Assembly (NCBI GenBank): GCA_028688325.1
Contig: JAQTYI010000002.1
Span: 161,284-225,283 of the forward strand
Origin: Candidatus Portnoybacteria bacterium
GTDB lineage: Bacteria; Patescibacteriota; Minisyncoccia; Portnoybacterales; GWB1-42-6
Direction: 5' to 3'
DNA: 64,000 bases
Shown: positions 63,242 through 64,000 of the stretch, piece after piece
How positions within the stretch are numbered: the first letter of the stretch is position 1
How the letters are laid out: each line of letters begins with the position of its first letter
Notes under the pieces: generated by a model
Database searches by the model: none
Told to the model about the DNA's origin: nothing
What the model saw: only the letters and a program-made list of their open reading frames with translations
Translations under genes and position numbers: made by a program

Positions 63242-63760
63242 TTACAAACTATCCATCTTCCAGTCACCATTGGCATCTTTAATAAAATTTATTGGATAGT
63301 TGGTATTTTTATTATTTTCTTTGTCTGCAAAATAATATTGTGCTATTGATTCATACATATAACTCTTATTTAGTTTATCTAAATATAATTCGGATAAACT
63401 AACAAATTTTTCTTCTTTATACGCTTTTTCTATAGATAATTTATTCTCATTATATTTTTCACCATCCTTCGCCAACTGCTCCAACGCCACCTCTAAATTA
63501 TTCGTCCTCAATGCCTCGCGGAATTTAGCATAGGTTTGTTCGGGTGTGATGCGCGTAGGCACATCTGCGTATCTGATCTGCGGATACAGCTTATTTAACT
63601 CCTCCTGCGAATAGTCCCGCCAAGGGAACTTATCACTGGACAAGCCCGCCTGGATTTTCAACTGCTTGGTCGGCCACCAGGCCTTATAAAAATAAAAACC
63701 GCCTAAAAAAGCGGCCAACATCACCAAAATTACCACTGCCCATATTATCTTTTTGTTCAT
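63242..63760 (-). CDS. Hypothetical membrane-anchored protein
   Basis: 172 aa; N-terminal TM (IIWAVVILVMLAAFLGGFYFY); no known motif. Confidence 0.45.
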   Translation of the reverse strand: MNKKIIWAVVILVMLAAFLGGFYFYKAWWPTKQLKIQAGLSSDKFPWRDYSQEELNKLYPQIRYADVPTRITPEQTYAKFREALRTNNLEVALEQLAKDGEKYNENKLSIEKAYKEEKFVSLSELYLDKLNKSYMYESIAQYYFADKENNKNTNYPINFIKDANGDWKMDSL

Positions 63761-63911
63761 ATTCTTATTTTTATTTTTGTTATTTTTTTAAAAAATAAAC
63801 CACCCCTTAAAAATAAGGGCTGGTTATGATTGGATTCTGTTTTTAGTATAAAAAACCCTGCCCAAACCGTCAAACCGCCTAATGTGGATAACTTTCCGGC
63901 CCCAACATAAA

Positions 63912-63943
63912 CTATTCTCAAATTCTTAAGAATTTGAGAATAG
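63912..63943. promoter_or_regulatory. 32-bp perfect palindrome
   Basis: ctattctcaaattcttaagaatttgagaatag. Confidence 0.45.
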
Positions 63944-64000
63944 ATATATAAATATTGGTTGCAAAAAAATAGAACGGCTATATGTTCTTATGCTTCCTTG

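Overview
This 64 kb window is gene-dense, moderately AT-rich, and almost entirely on the minus strand (about 50 of 53 CDS). Its content resembles a small-genome, cell-envelope-focused bacterium, possibly a CPR/Patescibacteria-type lineage; this is inference from gene content, not a database result.

Gene content, in order:
- 1-8.3 kb: a surface-glycan biosynthesis cluster with several GT4 glycosyltransferases, a B12-binding radical SAM enzyme, a GtrA-like protein and a truncated UDP-sugar dehydrogenase fused to an SDR epimerase.
- 8.3-17.8 kb: a four-helix-bundle protein, two tandem O-antigen-ligase (Wzy_C/PglL-like) proteins with TPR tails, a TPR protein and an 1189-aa Thr/Ser-rich secreted repeat protein.
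- 18.6-23.3 kb: an ECF-type sigma factor with a DUF5667-like partner, GalU and UDP-xylose synthase.
- 23.3-41.9 kb: a catalytically dead HtrA-like protein, ClpB, an IscU/NifS pair, a CHASE2 nucleotide cyclase with a FecR-domain partner, a ZIP transporter, a ROK kinase, glycoside hydrolases, CapA, an ABC-F ATPase, an MBL hydrolase and Pcm.
- 42.0-51.1 kb: tRNA-Gln, ftsX/ftsE, prfB with its CUU UGA C +1 frameshift site, tRNA-Thr, tRNA-Gly, FtsB, LepA and MurJ.
- 51.2-63.8 kb: a GC-rich foreign-looking gene, a direct-repeat-flanked cassette, a DUF4012-like protein, two more GT4 genes and a 1217-aa secreted protein with phospholipase-C-like, lamin-tail and beta-helix regions.

The most notable non-genic signals are:
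- a 'TGTCATCC...GGATGACAA' palindromic element family (a MITE-like family inserted in-frame into coding genes), including three copies inside one O-antigen-ligase paralog;
- a second repeat family inserted in-frame into murJ;
- ~110-bp AT-rich palindromic word-repeat elements at operon junctions;
- two 100% identical ~151-bp elements immediately upstream of ftsE and ftsX;
- a candidate protein O-glycosylation locus (glycosyltransferase cluster + PglL-like/TPR pair + Thr-rich surface protein), which I rate the best candidate for an undescribed system.

No CRISPR array, rRNA, transposase or integrase was recognised.
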